Shown here piece after piece: positions 51,227-63,095 of a stretch of 64,000 nt of DNA; position 1 is the stretch's first letter, and every line of letters starts with the position of its first letter. Source of the stretch: Candidatus Thiothrix moscowensis (lineage in GTDB: Bacteria > Pseudomonadota > Gammaproteobacteria > Thiotrichales > Thiotrichaceae); contig JAEHNX010000017.1 of NCBI GenBank assembly GCA_016292235.1, positions 574-64,573 on the forward strand, given 5' to 3'. Both the position numbers and the translations under genes were made by a program. A model generated the notes under the pieces. The model was not told the DNA's origin. It was given only the letters and a program-made list of their open reading frames with translations, and did not search any database.

Positions 51227-51415
51227 ATGACTTCCGCGAAACAGCTCAAACTGACGTTGGTGCGCAGTCTGAATGGCCGCCTGAAGAGTCATCAGCAGTG
51301 TGCACGTGGTCTTGGTATCCGCAAGATCAACAATCCGGTGACTGTGGTTGATACCCCGGAAAACCGTGGCATGATCAACAAGATTTCCTACATGCTGAAG
51401 GTTGAGGAAGCTTAA
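51227..51415 (+). CDS. rpmD: 50S ribosomal protein L30
   Basis: TLVRS, RGLG, RGMINK. Confidence 0.97.
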   Translation: MTSAKQLKLTLVRSLNGRLKSHQQCARGLGIRKINNPVTVVDTPENRGMINKISYMLKVEEA

Positions 51416-51416
51416 G

Positions 51417-51854
51417 ATGAAATTGAACACGCTACAACCTGATATTGGTAGCCGCCCTTCCCGTACCCGTGTAGGTCGTGGTATTGGTTCCGGTCTGGGT
51501 AAGACCGCTGGTCGTGGTCATAAAGGCCAGAAAGCTCGTAAAGGTGGTTTTCATCAGCGTAAAGGTTTTGAAGGCGGTCAGATGCCAATGCATCGCCGTT
51601 TGCCAAAATTCGGTTTTACTTCGCGTATCGGTCGCCGTACTGAAGAAGTTCGCCTGAGTGAACTGGCTAAAGTCGCAGGTGACATCGTAGATATGCTGAG
51701 CCTGAAAGCTGCCAATGTAATCGACGCGCAAGCTTTGCAAGCCAAAATCATTCTGTCAGGCACAGTCGATAAAGCTGTTACTGTCAAGGGTGTCGGCGTG
51801 ACCAAAGGTGCACGTGCGGCTATCGAAGCAGCGGGCGGCAAGGTCGAAGAATAA
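51417..51854 (+). CDS. rplO: 50S ribosomal protein L15
   Basis: [29 protein letters not shown]. Confidence 0.98.
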   Translation: MKLNTLQPDIGSRPSRTRVGRGIGSGLGKTAGRGHKGQKARKGGFHQRKGFEGGQMPMHRRLPKFGFTSRIGRRTEEVRLSELAKVAGDIVDMLSLKAANVIDAQALQAKIILSGTVDKAVTVKGVGVTKGARAAIEAAGGKVEE

Positions 51855-51866
51855 CGGACAATAAAT

Positions 51867-53216
51867 ATGCGCAAGAACCCGACAGGTTCCCTTGGGGGCT
51901 TTGGAAATATGGTTGAGATTCGCCAGCGGTTAGTTTTCGTACTGCTGGCGTTAATCGTTTACCGGATAGGTACTTACATCCCTGTGCCTGGTGTTAATCC
52001 TGCGGCAATGGCGCAGTTCTTTGACCAGAACAACGGTACTATCCTTGGCGTTTTCAACATGTTTTCGGGTGGTGCGCTGGAACGTCTAAGCGTGTTTGCG
52101 TTAGGCATCATGCCGTATATTTCTGCTTCCATCATTATTCAGTTGATGGCTACCGTTCTGCCTTCACTTGAGCAGCTAAAGAAGGAAGGGGAATCTGGGC
52201 GTCGTAAGATTACACAATATACCCGTTACGGAACTGTGGTATTGGCACTTTTTCAGAGTGTTGGGGTGGCCATTGCGTTAGGTGGTCAGGATATTGGTGG
52301 TGGTCAAACGATTGCCCTGAATCCGGGAGTCAGCTTCATTATCACTACGGTTGTGACGCTGGTGACGGGTACGTTGTTCCTGATGTGGCTAGGTGAGCAA
52401 ATTACTGAGCGTGGTATTGGTAATGGCATTTCCCTGATCATTTTTGCTGGTATCGTGGCGGGATTGCCAGCGGCTGTCGGTGGAACGCTGGAATTAGCAA
52501 ATACGGGCGAACTGTCTCCTTTCCTCGTCATTGTTTTGATATTGCTGGTTCTGTTGGTGACTGCGTTTGTTATTTTTGTTGAGCGTGGTCAGCGCCGTAT
52601 TACAGTCAACTATGCCAATCGTCAGCAAGGCCGCAAGATGATGATGGGACAGTCCAGTCATTTGCCGCTGAAATTGAATATGGCTGGTGTTATTCCGCCT
52701 ATCTTCGCCTCTAGCATTATTCTGTTTCCGGCAACACTGGGGCAGTGGTTTGGTCAAGCAGACGGTATGGGCTGGTTGCAGGATTTCTTCAACATGTTGC
52801 AGCCTGGGCAGCCGCTGTATGTGTTGTTGTATGCCATTGCTATTGTATTTTTCTGTTTCTTCTATACGGCTCTGGTATTTAACTCGCGTGAAACAGCCGA
52901 TAATCTGAAAAAAGCGGGTGCGTTTATTCCAGGTATCCGTCCAGGTGAACAGACATCTCGGTACATTGATGGCGTAATGACCCGTCTGACTGGTGTTGGT
53001 GCTGTTTATATTACGCTGGTTTGCTTGCTGCCAGAGTTTTTGATCCTGTGGTTCAATGTGCCGTTTTATTTTGGTGGCACTTCGTTGTTGATCATCGTGG
53101 TCGTTGTCATGGATTTCCTGTCACAGTTACAGGCTCACATGATGTCGCACCAGTATGAGGGCTTGATGAAAAAAGCCAACTTCAAAGCGCAGACACGCCC
53201 AGGCACAGTGCGCTGA
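51867..53216 (+). CDS. secY: Preprotein translocase SecY
   Basis: [36 protein letters not shown]. Confidence 0.99.
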   Translation: MRKNPTGSLGGFGNMVEIRQRLVFVLLALIVYRIGTYIPVPGVNPAAMAQFFDQNNGTILGVFNMFSGGALERLSVFALGIMPYISASIIIQLMATVLPSLEQLKKEGESGRRKITQYTRYGTVVLALFQSVGVAIALGGQDIGGGQTIALNPGVSFIITTVVTLVTGTLFLMWLGEQITERGIGNGISLIIFAGIVAGLPAAVGGTLELANTGELSPFLVIVLILLVLLVTAFVIFVERGQRRITVNYANRQQGRKMMMGQSSHLPLKLNMAGVIPPIFASSIILFPATLGQWFGQADGMGWLQDFFNMLQPGQPLYVLLYAIAIVFFCFFYTALVFNSRETADNLKKAGAFIPGIRPGEQTSRYIDGVMTRLTGVGAVYITLVCLLPEFLILWFNVPFYFGGTSLLIIVVVVMDFLSQLQAHMMSHQYEGLMKKANFKAQTRPGTVR

Positions 53217-53243
53217 TTTGATTACTTCCAAGAGGTTTTTATC

Positions 53244-53357
53244 ATGAAGGTTCGTGCTTCAGTTAAAAAATTGTGCCGCAACTGCCGTGTTGTTCGCAGA
53301 AATGGCGTTGTACGCATCATCTGCTCTGATCCGCGCCACAAGCAACGTCAGGGTTGA
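53244..53357 (+). CDS. rpmJ: 50S ribosomal protein L36 (not in the ORF track)
   Basis: Manual translation [37 protein letters not shown]. Confidence 0.98.
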   Translation: MKVRASVKKLCRNCRVVRRNGVVRIICSDPRHKQRQG

Positions 53358-53397
53358 TTTTCTTGTGCTGCCTCGGGCAGTAGGCAAGAGACCAGAA

Positions 53398-53420
53398 AAC
53401 CTCTGCTCAGGCAGGGGTTA
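53398..53420 (+). terminator. spc operon terminator
   Basis: AACCTCTGC-TCAG-GCAGGGGTT followed by ATTTG. Confidence 0.55.
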
Positions 53421-53424
53421 TTTG

Positions 53425-53453
53425 TTGATAATTGAAAGAGGTTCCGGCATAAT
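53425..53453 (+). promoter_or_regulatory. Alpha operon sigma70 promoter
   Basis: TTGATA-17 nt-CATAAT followed by a GC-rich discriminator. Confidence 0.65.
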
Positions 53454-53486
53454 CGCCGGTTTTCCCGGTAGTCTGGAGAGATTTTA

Positions 53487-53843
53487 ATGGCTCGTATTGC
53501 GGGTATCAATCTTCCTGTCAACAAGCACGTGATTATTGGTCTGACAGCCATCTATGGTATTGGTCCTTCTCGTGCTGCGGATATTTGCAAGGCTGCGGAC
53601 ATCGTACCTAGCACCAAGATTCGTGAGCTGACAGAAGAGCAAGTTGAGCGCGTCCGTCTTGAAGTAGGCAAGTTCCTGGTTGAAGGCGATCTGCGTCGTG
53701 AAATTTCCATGAGCATCAAGCGCTTGATGGATATGGGTTGCTATCGTGGCATCCGCCACAGACGTGGTTTGCCTCTGCGTGGTCAGCGTACTAAAACCAA
53801 CGCACGCACCCGTAAAGGTCCTCGTCGTCCTATTCGTAAATAA
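53487..53843 (+). CDS. rpsM: 30S ribosomal protein S13
   Basis: [22 protein letters not shown]. Confidence 0.99.
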   Translation: MARIAGINLPVNKHVIIGLTAIYGIGPSRAADICKAADIVPSTKIRELTEEQVERVRLEVGKFLVEGDLRREISMSIKRLMDMGCYRGIRHRRGLPLRGQRTKTNARTRKGPRRPIRK

Positions 53844-53865
53844 GAGATTGCAGGTAGAGTAAGTA

Positions 53866-54270
53866 ATGGCAAGACAGCCTAGAAAAGGTGCAACTGTTAA
53901 CCTTCGCAAGAAGGTCAAGAAAACTGTCACTGACGGTGTTGCACACATCCATGCATCATTCAACAACACTATCGTAACCATTACCGACCGCCAAGGTAAT
54001 GCCCTTGCTTGGGCTACTTCTGGTGGTTCCGGTTTCCGTGGTTCACGTAAAAGTACCCCGTTTGCAGCACAGGTTGCTGCCGAGCGTGCGGGTAACGCAG
54101 CTAAAGATTATGGCTTGAAAAACCTTGATGTTGAAGTCAAGGGTCCTGGTCCTGGTCGTGAGTCTGCCGTCCGTGCGCTGAATAGCGTCGGTTTCAAGAT
54201 CAATACTATTGTGGATGTGACGCCTATCCCGCATAACGGCTGCCGTCCACCCAAGAAACGTCGTGTGTAA
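53866..54270 (+). CDS. rpsK: 30S ribosomal protein S11
   Basis: [23 protein letters not shown]. Confidence 0.99.
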   Translation: MARQPRKGATVNLRKKVKKTVTDGVAHIHASFNNTIVTITDRQGNALAWATSGGSGFRGSRKSTPFAAQVAAERAGNAAKDYGLKNLDVEVKGPGPGRESAVRALNSVGFKINTIVDVTPIPHNGCRPPKKRRV

Positions 54271-54287
54271 CGGGAGATAGGATAGTC

Positions 54288-54908
54288 ATGGCACGTTATA
54301 TTGGCCCTACCTGTAAATTAAGTAGACGTGAAGGTACTGACCTTTACCTCAAAAGCCGTGGTGTTTCTCTGGAAAAGAAATGCAAACTGGACAAAGCTCC
54401 AGGGCAGCACGGTGAAAACAAGGCACGCTTGTCCGACTACGGCGTGCAGTTGCGTGAAAAACAGAAAGTTCGCCGTATTTATGGCATTCTGGAACGTCAA
54501 TTCCGTAACTATTTTAAAGAAGCAGCACGTCGTAAGGGTTCCACTGGTGAAAACCTGCTGCAATTGCTGGAATGCCGTTTGGACAACGTTGTTTACCGCA
54601 TGGGTTACGGTTCTACCCGTGCTGAAGCCCGCCAGTTGGTAAGCCACAAAGCTATCACGGTTAACGGTCAGAGCGTTAATATCCCGTCTTATCAGGTTAA
54701 GGCTGGTGATGTGGTTGCTGTCCGTGAAAAATCCAAAAAGCAAACCCGGATTCAGGATTCCGTCACTGTTGCTGAGCAACTGGGATTCCCTGCTTGGGTT
54801 GAAGTGGATGCCAAAGCATTGCAAGGTACTTTCAAGTCTGTACCAGACCGTAGTGATCTGCCGTCCGAAATCAATGAATCACTGATTGTGGAATTGTATT
54901 CCAAGTAA
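54288..54908 (+). CDS. rpsD: 30S ribosomal protein S4
   Basis: [21 protein letters not shown]. Confidence 0.99.
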   Translation: MARYIGPTCKLSRREGTDLYLKSRGVSLEKKCKLDKAPGQHGENKARLSDYGVQLREKQKVRRIYGILERQFRNYFKEAARRKGSTGENLLQLLECRLDNVVYRMGYGSTRAEARQLVSHKAITVNGQSVNIPSYQVKAGDVVAVREKSKKQTRIQDSVTVAEQLGFPAWVEVDAKALQGTFKSVPDRSDLPSEINESLIVELYSK

Positions 54909-54934
54909 TCACTGATCAGCTTCGAGAGAACAAT

Positions 54935-55939
54935 ATGACCTCGAAAACAACAGAATTGCTGAAGCCCCGCAATGTCCATGTGCAAGAGGCAGGTCTAAAC
55001 ACCTACCGTATCACACTGGAGCCATTGGAACGCGGTTTCGGTCATACATTGGGCAATGCCTTGCGCCGTATTCTGCTGTCTTCCATTCCGGGAAGTGCAG
55101 TGACAGAGGTGCAGATTGCCGGTGTTGTGCATGAATACACCAGTATCGAAGGTGTACAGGAAGATGTGGTTGAGATTCTGCTGAATCTCAAAAACCTTGC
55201 TATCCGTTTGAATGCGCGTGACGAAGCGACCCTGACCCTGAAAAAGAAAGGCAAAGGTGTTGTAACGGCTGCCGACATTGAGCTGGATCATGATGTTGAC
55301 ATCATCAATCCAGAGCATGTCATTGCGCATGTCACCAAGGATGACACTGAGCTGGAGATGAGTCTGACCATTACTCGTGGTCGTGGGTATCAACCAGCTT
55401 CTGTGCGCCGTGGACCGGATTCACCTGAGCTGCCGTTAGGTACTCTGGTGCTGGATGCCAGTTATAGCCCGATTACCCGTGTTGCCTACAATGTAGACAG
55501 TGCGCGTGTAGAGCAACGCACTGACATGGACAAGCTGGTGCTGGAAGTCCAGACCAACGGTTCTATCAATGCGGAAGAAGCTATCGGCATGGCTGCGCAG
55601 ATTCTGCAACAGCAGTTGGCGGTCTTTTTCGATCTGCGTATCGAAGAGCCTGTGCGCCGTGAAGAAGAACAGCCGGAAATCGACCCGATCCTGTTGCGTC
55701 CGGTCGACGATCTGGAGTTGACTGTACGTTCAGCCAACTGCCTGAAAGCCGAGAACCTGTTCTATATCGGTGATTTGGTGCAACGGACAGAAACCGAACT
55801 GCTCAAGACACCGAATCTGGGCAAAAAGTCCCTGACTGAAATCAAAGATGTGCTGGCACAACATGGTCTGACTTTGGGCACAAAGCTGGACAACTGGCCG
55901 CCTGCGGGTTTGGATCATCGTGATAGCAAAGTGGGTTAA
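54935..55939 (+). CDS. rpoA: RNA polymerase alpha subunit
   Basis: [31 protein letters not shown]. Confidence 0.99.
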   Translation: MTSKTTELLKPRNVHVQEAGLNTYRITLEPLERGFGHTLGNALRRILLSSIPGSAVTEVQIAGVVHEYTSIEGVQEDVVEILLNLKNLAIRLNARDEATLTLKKKGKGVVTAADIELDHDVDIINPEHVIAHVTKDDTELEMSLTITRGRGYQPASVRRGPDSPELPLGTLVLDASYSPITRVAYNVDSARVEQRTDMDKLVLEVQTNGSINAEEAIGMAAQILQQQLAVFFDLRIEEPVRREEEQPEIDPILLRPVDDLELTVRSANCLKAENLFYIGDLVQRTETELLKTPNLGKKSLTEIKDVLAQHGLTLGTKLDNWPPAGLDHRDSKVG

Positions 55940-55964
55940 CCACGGGTTTTGAAGGATATAGAAG

Positions 55965-56348
55965 ATGCGTCATCGTAATACTGGTCGTCAATTGAGCCGT
56001 AACAGCAGTCACCGCAAAGCCCTGCTGCAAAGCCTGACCAACTCACTGATCCGCTATGAAGCGATCAAGACAACCCTGCCCAAGGCGAAAGAACTGCGCC
56101 GTGTTGCAGAGCCGCTCATCACTCGTGCGAAAGAGGATTCTGTCCACAATCGCCGTATTGCGTTCTCCCGTCTGCGTGACCGTGAGATTGTGACCAAGCT
56201 GTTTACAGAAATTGGTCCACGTTTCAAGGGACGCCCAGGTGGCTATCTGCGTATCATCAAGTGCGGTTTCCGTGCTGGTGACAATGCGCCAATGGCGTAT
56301 GTTGCCTTGGTTGATGACGCAGAAGGTGCTCAGGCTGCTGCTGAATAA
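55965..56348 (+). CDS. rplQ: 50S ribosomal protein L17
   Basis: [20 protein letters not shown]. Confidence 0.99.
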   Translation: MRHRNTGRQLSRNSSHRKALLQSLTNSLIRYEAIKTTLPKAKELRRVAEPLITRAKEDSVHNRRIAFSRLRDREIVTKLFTEIGPRFKGRPGGYLRIIKCGFRAGDNAPMAYVALVDDAEGAQAAAE

Positions 56349-56372
56349 ACAGCGTGATTCCGTATCAGCAGG

Positions 56373-56398
56373 AAGGTCGACAAATGTCGGCCTTTTTG
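56373..56398 (+). terminator. Alpha operon intrinsic terminator
   Basis: AAGGTCGAC-AAAT-GTCGGCCTT-TTT. Confidence 0.75.
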
Positions 56399-56478
56399 CG
56401 TTTGGTCAAGTTGCTTTATATCATTGCAATATCGGCTGGGTAGCGTAGGCTGCACGCTTTTTTGATGGAGCATTCCTG

Positions 56479-56856
56479 ATGCAGGATAATCAACAAGTTG
56501 TCTCCGCTGATAGCGCCCGTAAAATGGCGAAGATATTCTATTACGGCAATATCCTGTCCGTGCTGATTCCATTTCCGGTGTTTATCCTCTGGTTTGGGGC
56601 TGGCATACTGGTCTATGCGATGTTCCGCCATCATCCCAATCCACGAGTGGGCTATTTTACGCAGATAGCTGCTTACCAGTATTATGGTCTGGCTGGTGGT
56701 CTGGTTCCCATACTCACCTTTGCACCGGGTGACTTTTTTGTAAACTGGTGGTGGGCACTGTGGATACTCTGTGCTGCCATTTTGCTGCCGCTTTCCGTTC
56801 GCCAGATCATGCGAGTCAATCGTGAGGTCTGGCAAGATACCGCCAAATCCCATTGA
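56479..56856 (+). CDS. Small membrane protein of unknown function
   Basis: 125 codons with 3-4 hydrophobic segments; 10 bp upstream of bioB. Confidence 0.7.
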   Translation: MQDNQQVVSADSARKMAKIFYYGNILSVLIPFPVFILWFGAGILVYAMFRHHPNPRVGYFTQIAAYQYYGLAGGLVPILTFAPGDFFVNWWWALWILCAAILLPLSVRQIMRVNREVWQDTAKSH

Positions 56857-56866
56857 GGAGTGGACA

Positions 56867-57838
56867 ATGTCCGAATTACGTCATGACTGGCGCATCGAAG
56901 AAGTCAATGTGCTGTTGGCGATGCCATTCAGCGACCTGATGTTTCAGGCTCATCAGATTCACCGCGAAAATTTTCCAGCCAATCAGGTGCAGATTAGTAC
57001 CCTGCTGAGTATCAAGACCGGTGCTTGTCCTGAGGATTGTGGTTATTGTTCACAAAGTGCCAAACACGACACTTCGCTGGAGCGGGAAACCCTGTTGCCT
57101 TTGCAGGAAGTGGTAGATGCTGCCAAAGAAGCGCAGACCAATGGTGCAACCCGTTTTTGCATGGGGGCAGCCTGGCGTAACCCGACTGACAAGAACCTTG
57201 AGCGGGTCGTGGAAATGGTGCAGGCGGTCAAGGATATGGGGATGGAAACCTGTGTCACGCTGGGTATGCTGACTGACCGGCAAGCCATTCGCCTGAAACA
57301 GGCAGGGCTGGATTACTACAACCACAATCTGGATACCTCTCCCGAGTTCTACGGCAATGTCATTACCACCCGAACCTATCAGGATCGTTTGGACACACTG
57401 GACAATGTGCGTAATGCCGGGATCAATGTTTGCTGTGGGGGCATTCTGGGTATGGGCGAAACCCGTCTGGATCGTGCCCGTCTGTTGCAGCAATTGGCGA
57501 ATATGAAGTTTCACCCCGAATCCGTGCCGATCAACGATCTGGTCAAGGTTGAAGGTACGCCCTTGTCAGGTGCTGCGAAACTTGATCCGTTCGAGTTTAT
57601 TCGCACAGTAGCTGTGGCGCGAATCATGATGCCAAAATCTTACGTGCGCCTCTCCGCAGGTCGTACCGAGATGAGTGATGAAATGCAGGCATGGTGTTTC
57701 TTTGCGGGAGCCAATTCCATTTTCTACGGTGACAAACTGCTGACCACAGAAAACCCGGAAGAAAGTCATGATCAGCAACTGTTTGCGCGGTTGGGGCTGG
57801 AAGCAGAAGCAAGCCGTCCTGGCAGTACATTTTTGTGA
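56867..57838 (+). CDS. bioB: Biotin synthase
   Basis: CPEDCGYC radical SAM motif, YNHNLDT, ESVPIN, VRLSAGR; ATG behind GAGGAG. Confidence 0.98.
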   Translation: MSELRHDWRIEEVNVLLAMPFSDLMFQAHQIHRENFPANQVQISTLLSIKTGACPEDCGYCSQSAKHDTSLERETLLPLQEVVDAAKEAQTNGATRFCMGAAWRNPTDKNLERVVEMVQAVKDMGMETCVTLGMLTDRQAIRLKQAGLDYYNHNLDTSPEFYGNVITTRTYQDRLDTLDNVRNAGINVCCGGILGMGETRLDRARLLQQLANMKFHPESVPINDLVKVEGTPLSGAAKLDPFEFIRTVAVARIMMPKSYVRLSAGRTEMSDEMQAWCFFAGANSIFYGDKLLTTENPEESHDQQLFARLGLEAEASRPGSTFL

Positions 57839-57847
57839 GGTTAACGG

Positions 57848-59722
57848 ATGCACTACCCACAACCCTTTGATGTCATCGTCATCGGCGGCGGACACGCCGG
57901 AACCGAAGCTGCGCTGGCCGCAGCGCGGATGGGTAGCCGCACCCTGTTACTGACCCACAATATCGAAACGGTCGGTGCAATGAGCTGCAATCCGGCGATT
58001 GGCGGCATCGGCAAAGGCCATCTGGTCAAGGAAGTGGATGCCCTCGGCGGGGCAATGGCACATGCCACTGACCGTGGCGGTATCCAGTTTCGTATACTCA
58101 ATTCCAGCAAGGGTGCGGCAGTCCGCGCCACCCGTGCACAGGCTGATCGGGCACGCTACAAGGCCGCCATCCGTTCCATCGTCGAAAATCAGCCCAACCT
58201 GCAAGTTTTCCAGCAGGCGGTTGATGACCTGATGGTGGAAGGCGAGCGGGTCGTTGGGGTTGTTACCCAAATGGGGCTGCACTTTTCCGCCCGTGCGGTG
58301 GTACTGACCAGCGGAACCTTCTTGGGTGGCAAAATCCATATCGGCCTAAGCAACCATGCCGGGGGCAGGGCAGGCGACCCGCCGTCGATTGCGCTGGCGG
58401 AACGTTTGCGTGAACTGCCGTTCCGGGTCGACCGTCTCAAAACCGGCACGCCACCGCGCATTGATGCCCGTAGCATTGATTTCAGCAAGCTGGAAGCGCA
58501 ACCGGGCGATACGCCAATGCCAGTGTTCTCGTTCCTCGGCAGCGTGGAAGAGCACCCGCAGCAAGTCGCTTGCCACATTACCTACACCAACCCGCAGACG
58601 CATGACATCATCCGTGGAGGGATGGATCGTTCGCCGATGTATACCGGTGTGATTGAGGGTATTGGCCCGCGTTACTGCCCATCAATTGAAGACAAGGTAG
58701 TGCGCTTTGCCGATCGCGAACGCCACCAGATTTTTCTCGAACCGGAAGGGTTGGATACGCACGAAGTTTACCCCAACGGCATTTCCACCAGTCTGCCGTT
58801 TGATGTGCAATACCATCTGGTGCGTTCGATGGCAGGGCTGGAAAACGCCCACATTACCCGCCCCGGTTACGCCATCGAATACGATTTCTTCGACCCACGT
58901 GACTTGAAACCGACCTTGGAAACCAAGGTGCTGCGTGGCTTGTTCTTCGCCGGGCAAATCAATGGCACGACTGGTTATGAGGAAGCCGCTGCTCAAGGCT
59001 TGCTGGCTGGCCTGAATGCCGGTTTGTATGTGCAGGAAAAAGAGGGTTGGTATCCGCTGCGTGACCAGGCTTATATCGGCGTGTTGGTTGATGACCTGAT
59101 TACGCTGGGAACCAAAGAACCTTACCGCATGTTCACCAGCCGTGCCGAACACCGTCTGTTGTTGCGGGAGGATAATGCCGACCTGCGCCTGACTGAGCAA
59201 GGGCGTGAACTGGGTCTGGTGGATGATGCGCGTTGGGCGGCTTTCTGTGCGAAACGTGAAGCGATTGAGCGTGAGCAGCAGCGCCTGCGTTCCACTGTGC
59301 TGCATCCACACATGCTCAGCGCAGAAGACAGCCAGCGCGTGTTTGGTGACGTGCTGACCCGTGAATACAAACTGCATGACTTGCTGCGTCGCCCCGGTGT
59401 GACTTACGCCGGTTTGACCAGCCTGCCTGTGGTAGGCAATCCGGTAGCGGATGAAAAAGTTGCCGAGCAGGTCGAAATCCAGTGTAAATACGCTGGTTAT
59501 ATAGGTCGTCAGCAGGAAGAAATCGACAAGCAGCGCCGCAACGAAGCAACCCGCCTGCCGGACTGGTTGGATTACGTGCAAGTACGAGGTTTATCCAACG
59601 AAGTGCGCCAGAAACTGCAAACCCAGCGTCCTGCCACCATCGGGCAGGCACAGCGGATTCCGGGTGTGACCCCTGCTGCCATTTCCCTGCTGTTGGTGCA
59701 TTTGAAAAAGAGGTTGGGGTGA
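57848..59722 (+). CDS. mnmG: tRNA uridine-5-carboxymethylaminomethyl modification enzyme MnmG (GidA)
   Basis: [38 protein letters not shown]. Confidence 0.99.
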   Translation: MHYPQPFDVIVIGGGHAGTEAALAAARMGSRTLLLTHNIETVGAMSCNPAIGGIGKGHLVKEVDALGGAMAHATDRGGIQFRILNSSKGAAVRATRAQADRARYKAAIRSIVENQPNLQVFQQAVDDLMVEGERVVGVVTQMGLHFSARAVVLTSGTFLGGKIHIGLSNHAGGRAGDPPSIALAERLRELPFRVDRLKTGTPPRIDARSIDFSKLEAQPGDTPMPVFSFLGSVEEHPQQVACHITYTNPQTHDIIRGGMDRSPMYTGVIEGIGPRYCPSIEDKVVRFADRERHQIFLEPEGLDTHEVYPNGISTSLPFDVQYHLVRSMAGLENAHITRPGYAIEYDFFDPRDLKPTLETKVLRGLFFAGQINGTTGYEEAAAQGLLAGLNAGLYVQEKEGWYPLRDQAYIGVLVDDLITLGTKEPYRMFTSRAEHRLLLREDNADLRLTEQGRELGLVDDARWAAFCAKREAIEREQQRLRSTVLHPHMLSAEDSQRVFGDVLTREYKLHDLLRRPGVTYAGLTSLPVVGNPVADEKVAEQVEIQCKYAGYIGRQQEEIDKQRRNEATRLPDWLDYVQVRGLSNEVRQKLQTQRPATIGQAQRIPGVTPAAISLLLVHLKKRLG

Positions 59723-60288
59723 GGGGTATGGAACAGCAACTCCAGCACTACCTGCAACTGCTGCAACGCTGGAACAAGGTTTACAACCTGACGGCGGTGC
59801 GTGATCCTGCGCAGATGCAACTTCTGCATATCGACGATAGTCTCAGTGTTGCCTCTTTCATCCGGGGTGAAACCTGTCTGGACGTGGGGAGTGGGGCAGG
59901 CTTGCCGGGCATTCCGCTGGCGATCATTCAGCCGGAACGCCAGTTCACCCTGCTCGATACCAACGGCAAGAAAACCCGTTTCATGCAGCAGGCCGTGCTG
60001 GAACTGGGCTTGAAGAATGTGCAGGTGGTACAAACCCGCGTAGAAAGCTGGCAACCTGAGCATTGTTTCGACGCCATCATCAGCCGTGCTTTTGCTTCGC
60101 TGTATGATTTTGTGACCTTTACGGGCAAACATGCCTGTGAAAATGGTATCCTCTACGCCATGAAGGGGCGCTACCCTGAAACAGAGCTGGCAGAATTGCC
60201 CCAAGGCTGGAAACTGGTGGCGAAACATTCCCTGCACGTCGCCGGGCTGGAGGCAGAACGGCATCTGTTGGAATTACAGCAAGAATAG
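59719..60288 (+). CDS. rsmG: 16S rRNA m7G527 methyltransferase RsmG (GidB)
   Basis: [28 protein letters not shown]; start could be 59719 or 59728. Confidence 0.95.
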   Translation: MRGMEQQLQHYLQLLQRWNKVYNLTAVRDPAQMQLLHIDDSLSVASFIRGETCLDVGSGAGLPGIPLAIIQPERQFTLLDTNGKKTRFMQQAVLELGLKNVQVVQTRVESWQPEHCFDAIISRAFASLYDFVTFTGKHACENGILYAMKGRYPETELAELPQGWKLVAKHSLHVAGLEAERHLLELQQE

Positions 60289-60302
60289 CGAGAATAAACC
60301 CC

Positions 60303-61100
60303 ATGACGCGAGTTATCGCCATCGCCAATCAGAAAGGTGGTGTGGGCAAAACAACGACCACGGTCAATCTGGCAGCTTCACTGGCAGCGATGAAGCGTCG
60401 TGTCCTGCTGATAGATATTGATCCGCAAGCCAATGCAACTACCGGGATAGGTCTGGAAAAGCATGGGCAACAAACCAGCTTGACCGATGTTTTGCTGGGG
60501 GATGCGCACGTCACCGAGCTATTGCAGAAATTGCCTGACAGTTCCCTGCATGTCTTGCCTGGTTCGCCGGAAGTGACGGTGGCAGAAGTCAGCCTGATGA
60601 ACAAGGAACGACGAGAGTACCATCTGCGGGACGCGCTGGCTCCTATCCGTGATGCTTACGATTACATCCTGATTGATTGCCCGCCATCCCTCAACATGCT
60701 GACGGTGAATGCACTGGTAGCAGCCGATGGTGTGATTATTCCCATGCAGTGTGAATATTATGCGCTGGAAGGTTTGAGTGCACTGGTTGGGACGATTGAG
60801 CGCATTACCCAAACGGCTAATCCCAATTTGCAGGTGATGGGGCTGGTACGCACCATGTATGACCCGCGTAGTAATTTGTCGCGTGATGTTTCAGAACAGA
60901 TCAACGCTTTCTTCAAAAACAAGGTCTACAACACTGCCATCCCGCGCAATATCCGGCTGGCAGAGGCGCCCAGCCATGGTTTGTCAGTACTGGAATATGA
61001 CAAGGGTTCACGTGGTGCGCTTGCGTATCTGGCCTTGGCAGCCGAAATGTTGCGCAAGGATACCAGCAAGATTGCTGCCAATGGAGAACGGGTATGGTAA
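60303..61100 (+). CDS. parA: Chromosome partition ATPase ParA/Soj
   Basis: NQKGGVGKTTT, DIDPQAN, DCPPSL, PRNIRLAEAPS. Confidence 0.97.
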   Translation: MTRVIAIANQKGGVGKTTTTVNLAASLAAMKRRVLLIDIDPQANATTGIGLEKHGQQTSLTDVLLGDAHVTELLQKLPDSSLHVLPGSPEVTVAEVSLMNKERREYHLRDALAPIRDAYDYILIDCPPSLNMLTVNALVAADGVIIPMQCEYYALEGLSALVGTIERITQTANPNLQVMGLVRTMYDPRSNLSRDVSEQINAFFKNKVYNTAIPRNIRLAEAPSHGLSVLEYDKGSRGALAYLALAAEMLRKDTSKIAANGERVW

Positions 61101-61948
61101 AAAAACCGGCTCTTGGGCGTGGCCTTGACATCCTGCTCAGTTCGGCACGTGGGCAGGCAGAATCGGCGGACGATATTGTTCTGAAAACCCTGCCAGTTGA
61201 GCGTATCCGCCCCGGTCAGTATCAGCCGCGTACCCGCATGGATCCTGACGCTTTGCAGGAATTGGCAGATTCCATCAAGGCTCAAGGGCTGGTGCAACCG
61301 ATTGTGGTGCGCAAACTGGGCGGTGGTGAATACGAGCTGATCGCCGGGGAACGTCGCTGGCGGGCTTCCCAACTGGCGGGATTGCATGAAATACCAGCGG
61401 TGGTGCGCGAAATCCCTGATCAGGCTGCGGCTGCCATGTCGTTGATCGAAAACATTCAGCGCGAAGACCTGAATGCCCTAGAAGAGGCCAATGCCCTGCG
61501 TCGCCTGATTGATGAATTTGGCCTTACCCATCAGCAAACTGCCGAAGCAGTAGGCCGTTCACGGGTCGCCGTTACCAACCTGTTGCGCCTACTGGAATTG
61601 CAGGACGAAACCAAACAGATGGTGGATGCTGGTCAGCTTGAAATGGGGCACGCCCGCGCGTTACTGGCGTTGCAGGGTTCGCAACAGATTGAATTGGCGC
61701 AAAAGGTTGCCCAGCGTCAGCTTTCCGTGCGTGAAACCGAACGTTTGGTCAAACTGGTGCTGGAAGGGGGTAAAAAAGCCCAACAGGAATTCAAGCCAGC
61801 ACCTGATGTCGTGCGTCTTGAACAGCAACTGGCTGATACCTTGGGGGCAACAGTTGCCATCCGTTACAACCGTACCGGCAAGGGTAAACTGGTTATTGAG
61901 TACAACAGCCTGGATGAGTTGGATGGTATCCTTGCCCATATCCAGTAA
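61094..61948 (+). CDS. parB: Chromosome partition protein ParB/Spo0J
   Basis: LGRGL, YQPR, AGERRWRA, ENIQREDL, GHARALL. Confidence 0.97.
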   Translation: MVKKPALGRGLDILLSSARGQAESADDIVLKTLPVERIRPGQYQPRTRMDPDALQELADSIKAQGLVQPIVVRKLGGGEYELIAGERRWRASQLAGLHEIPAVVREIPDQAAAAMSLIENIQREDLNALEEANALRRLIDEFGLTHQQTAEAVGRSRVAVTNLLRLLELQDETKQMVDAGQLEMGHARALLALQGSQQIELAQKVAQRQLSVRETERLVKLVLEGGKKAQQEFKPAPDVVRLEQQLADTLGATVAIRYNRTGKGKLVIEYNSLDELDGILAHIQ

Positions 61949-61966
61949 ATTTTGTCGTTGAGGGTG

Positions 61967-61995
61967 TTGAAGCAGGCGTAGAATCCCTGCATAAT
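61967..61995 (+). promoter_or_regulatory. rpsT sigma70 promoter
   Basis: TTGAAG-17 nt-CATAAT followed by ACGCGCC. Confidence 0.6.
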
Positions 61996-62036
61996 ACGCG
62001 CCTTGTTTTTCGGATTGGTTTTTCGGGAGAATACCC

Positions 62037-62306
62037 TTGCCTAACATAGCTTCAGCTAAAAAGCGCGTCCGCCAAAGTGAAGAGCGCCGTATGCACAACC
62101 GTCATATGCGCTCACGCCTGCGCACTCAAATCAAGAACGTTCTGAAGGCTATCGCTGCCGGTGATCGTGAAGCAGCCGTCGCTGCTTATAATGCTGCTGT
62201 TCCGGTAATTGATTCCATTGCGGACAAAGGCATTGTCCACAAGAACAAGGCGGCACGCCACAAGAGCCGTCTGAATGCGCACATCAAAGCCTTGCAAGCC
62301 GCCTAA
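62037..62306 (+). CDS. rpsT: 30S ribosomal protein S20
   Basis: [20 protein letters not shown]; TTG start behind GGAG. Confidence 0.98.
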   Translation: MPNIASAKKRVRQSEERRMHNRHMRSRLRTQIKNVLKAIAAGDREAAVAAYNAAVPVIDSIADKGIVHKNKAARHKSRLNAHIKALQAA

Positions 62307-62334
62307 GCTGCCGGGCAACGTTGCCTCGTTTTCT

Positions 62335-62360
62335 AGGCCGGTTTTTTTAACCGGCCTTTC
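62335..62360 (+). terminator. rpsT terminator
   Basis: AGGCCGGTT-TTTTT-AACCGGCCT-TTC. Confidence 0.65.
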
Positions 62361-62378
62361 GCGTTTGTGCGTGATGCC

Positions 62379-62978
62379 ATGCTGAAGGTTGGGCTAACTG
62401 GAGGTATTGGTTGTGGCAAGTCTACGGCGGTCAAGCGCTTCCGCGAGCTGGGTGTTCCTGTCATTGATGCTGATATTGTTGCCCGTGAAGTCGTTGCGCC
62501 GGGTCAGTCTGCCTTGCGGGAAATAGTGACCTGCTTTGGCGAGCAGGCTTTGCTGGCAGATGGTTCATTGAACCGCTCTTGGTTACGTCAAACCATTTTT
62601 GCCGACAGGCAGGCGTTGCAGCAACTGGAATCCATCCTGCATCCGCGTATCCGTGCTGAAATTGTACAACGCATGGCAGAATGTGGCGATGTCGCCTACG
62701 CTATTGTTGACGTGCCGTTATTGTTTGAGAAAAATTATCGTCAGTTATTCGACCGCGTGTTGGTGATTGACTGTTTGCCGCAGCAACAGCGGGAAAGGGT
62801 TGTGTTACGTGATGGCAGTGATGTGGAGTTGGTTGATTCTATCATGCAGTCACAGGTTTCACGTGAGCATCGCTTGCAACAGGCGGACGAAATTCTAGAA
62901 AATAGTTCATCCATTCTTGATTTTTATAAGAAAATTGACAGCCTTCACAAAGAATACACAAAATTCATTGATACCTAG
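62379..62978 (+). CDS. coaE: Dephospho-CoA kinase
   Basis: GLTGGIGCGKST, DADIVAR, HPRI, VPLLFE. Confidence 0.97.
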   Translation: MLKVGLTGGIGCGKSTAVKRFRELGVPVIDADIVAREVVAPGQSALREIVTCFGEQALLADGSLNRSWLRQTIFADRQALQQLESILHPRIRAEIVQRMAECGDVAYAIVDVPLLFEKNYRQLFDRVLVIDCLPQQQRERVVLRDGSDVELVDSIMQSQVSREHRLQQADEILENSSSILDFYKKIDSLHKEYTKFIDT

Positions 62979-63095
62979 TTGATTGAATTAGGGAATTTTT
63001 GGTATAAACACGAAACAACCCCCCTTCTAGGGCATCTTATGGTTATCTATAATCAATTGGTGGGCGAGCAGATTCGCCAACTTTCAAGGCAGCAC

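Noticed and set aside
62855-62870. GGTTTCACGTGAGCAT, a parS-like sequence inside coaE near parAB
   Set aside because: Only 11/16 match to TGTTTCACGTGAAACA with one broken half-site; could arise by chance.
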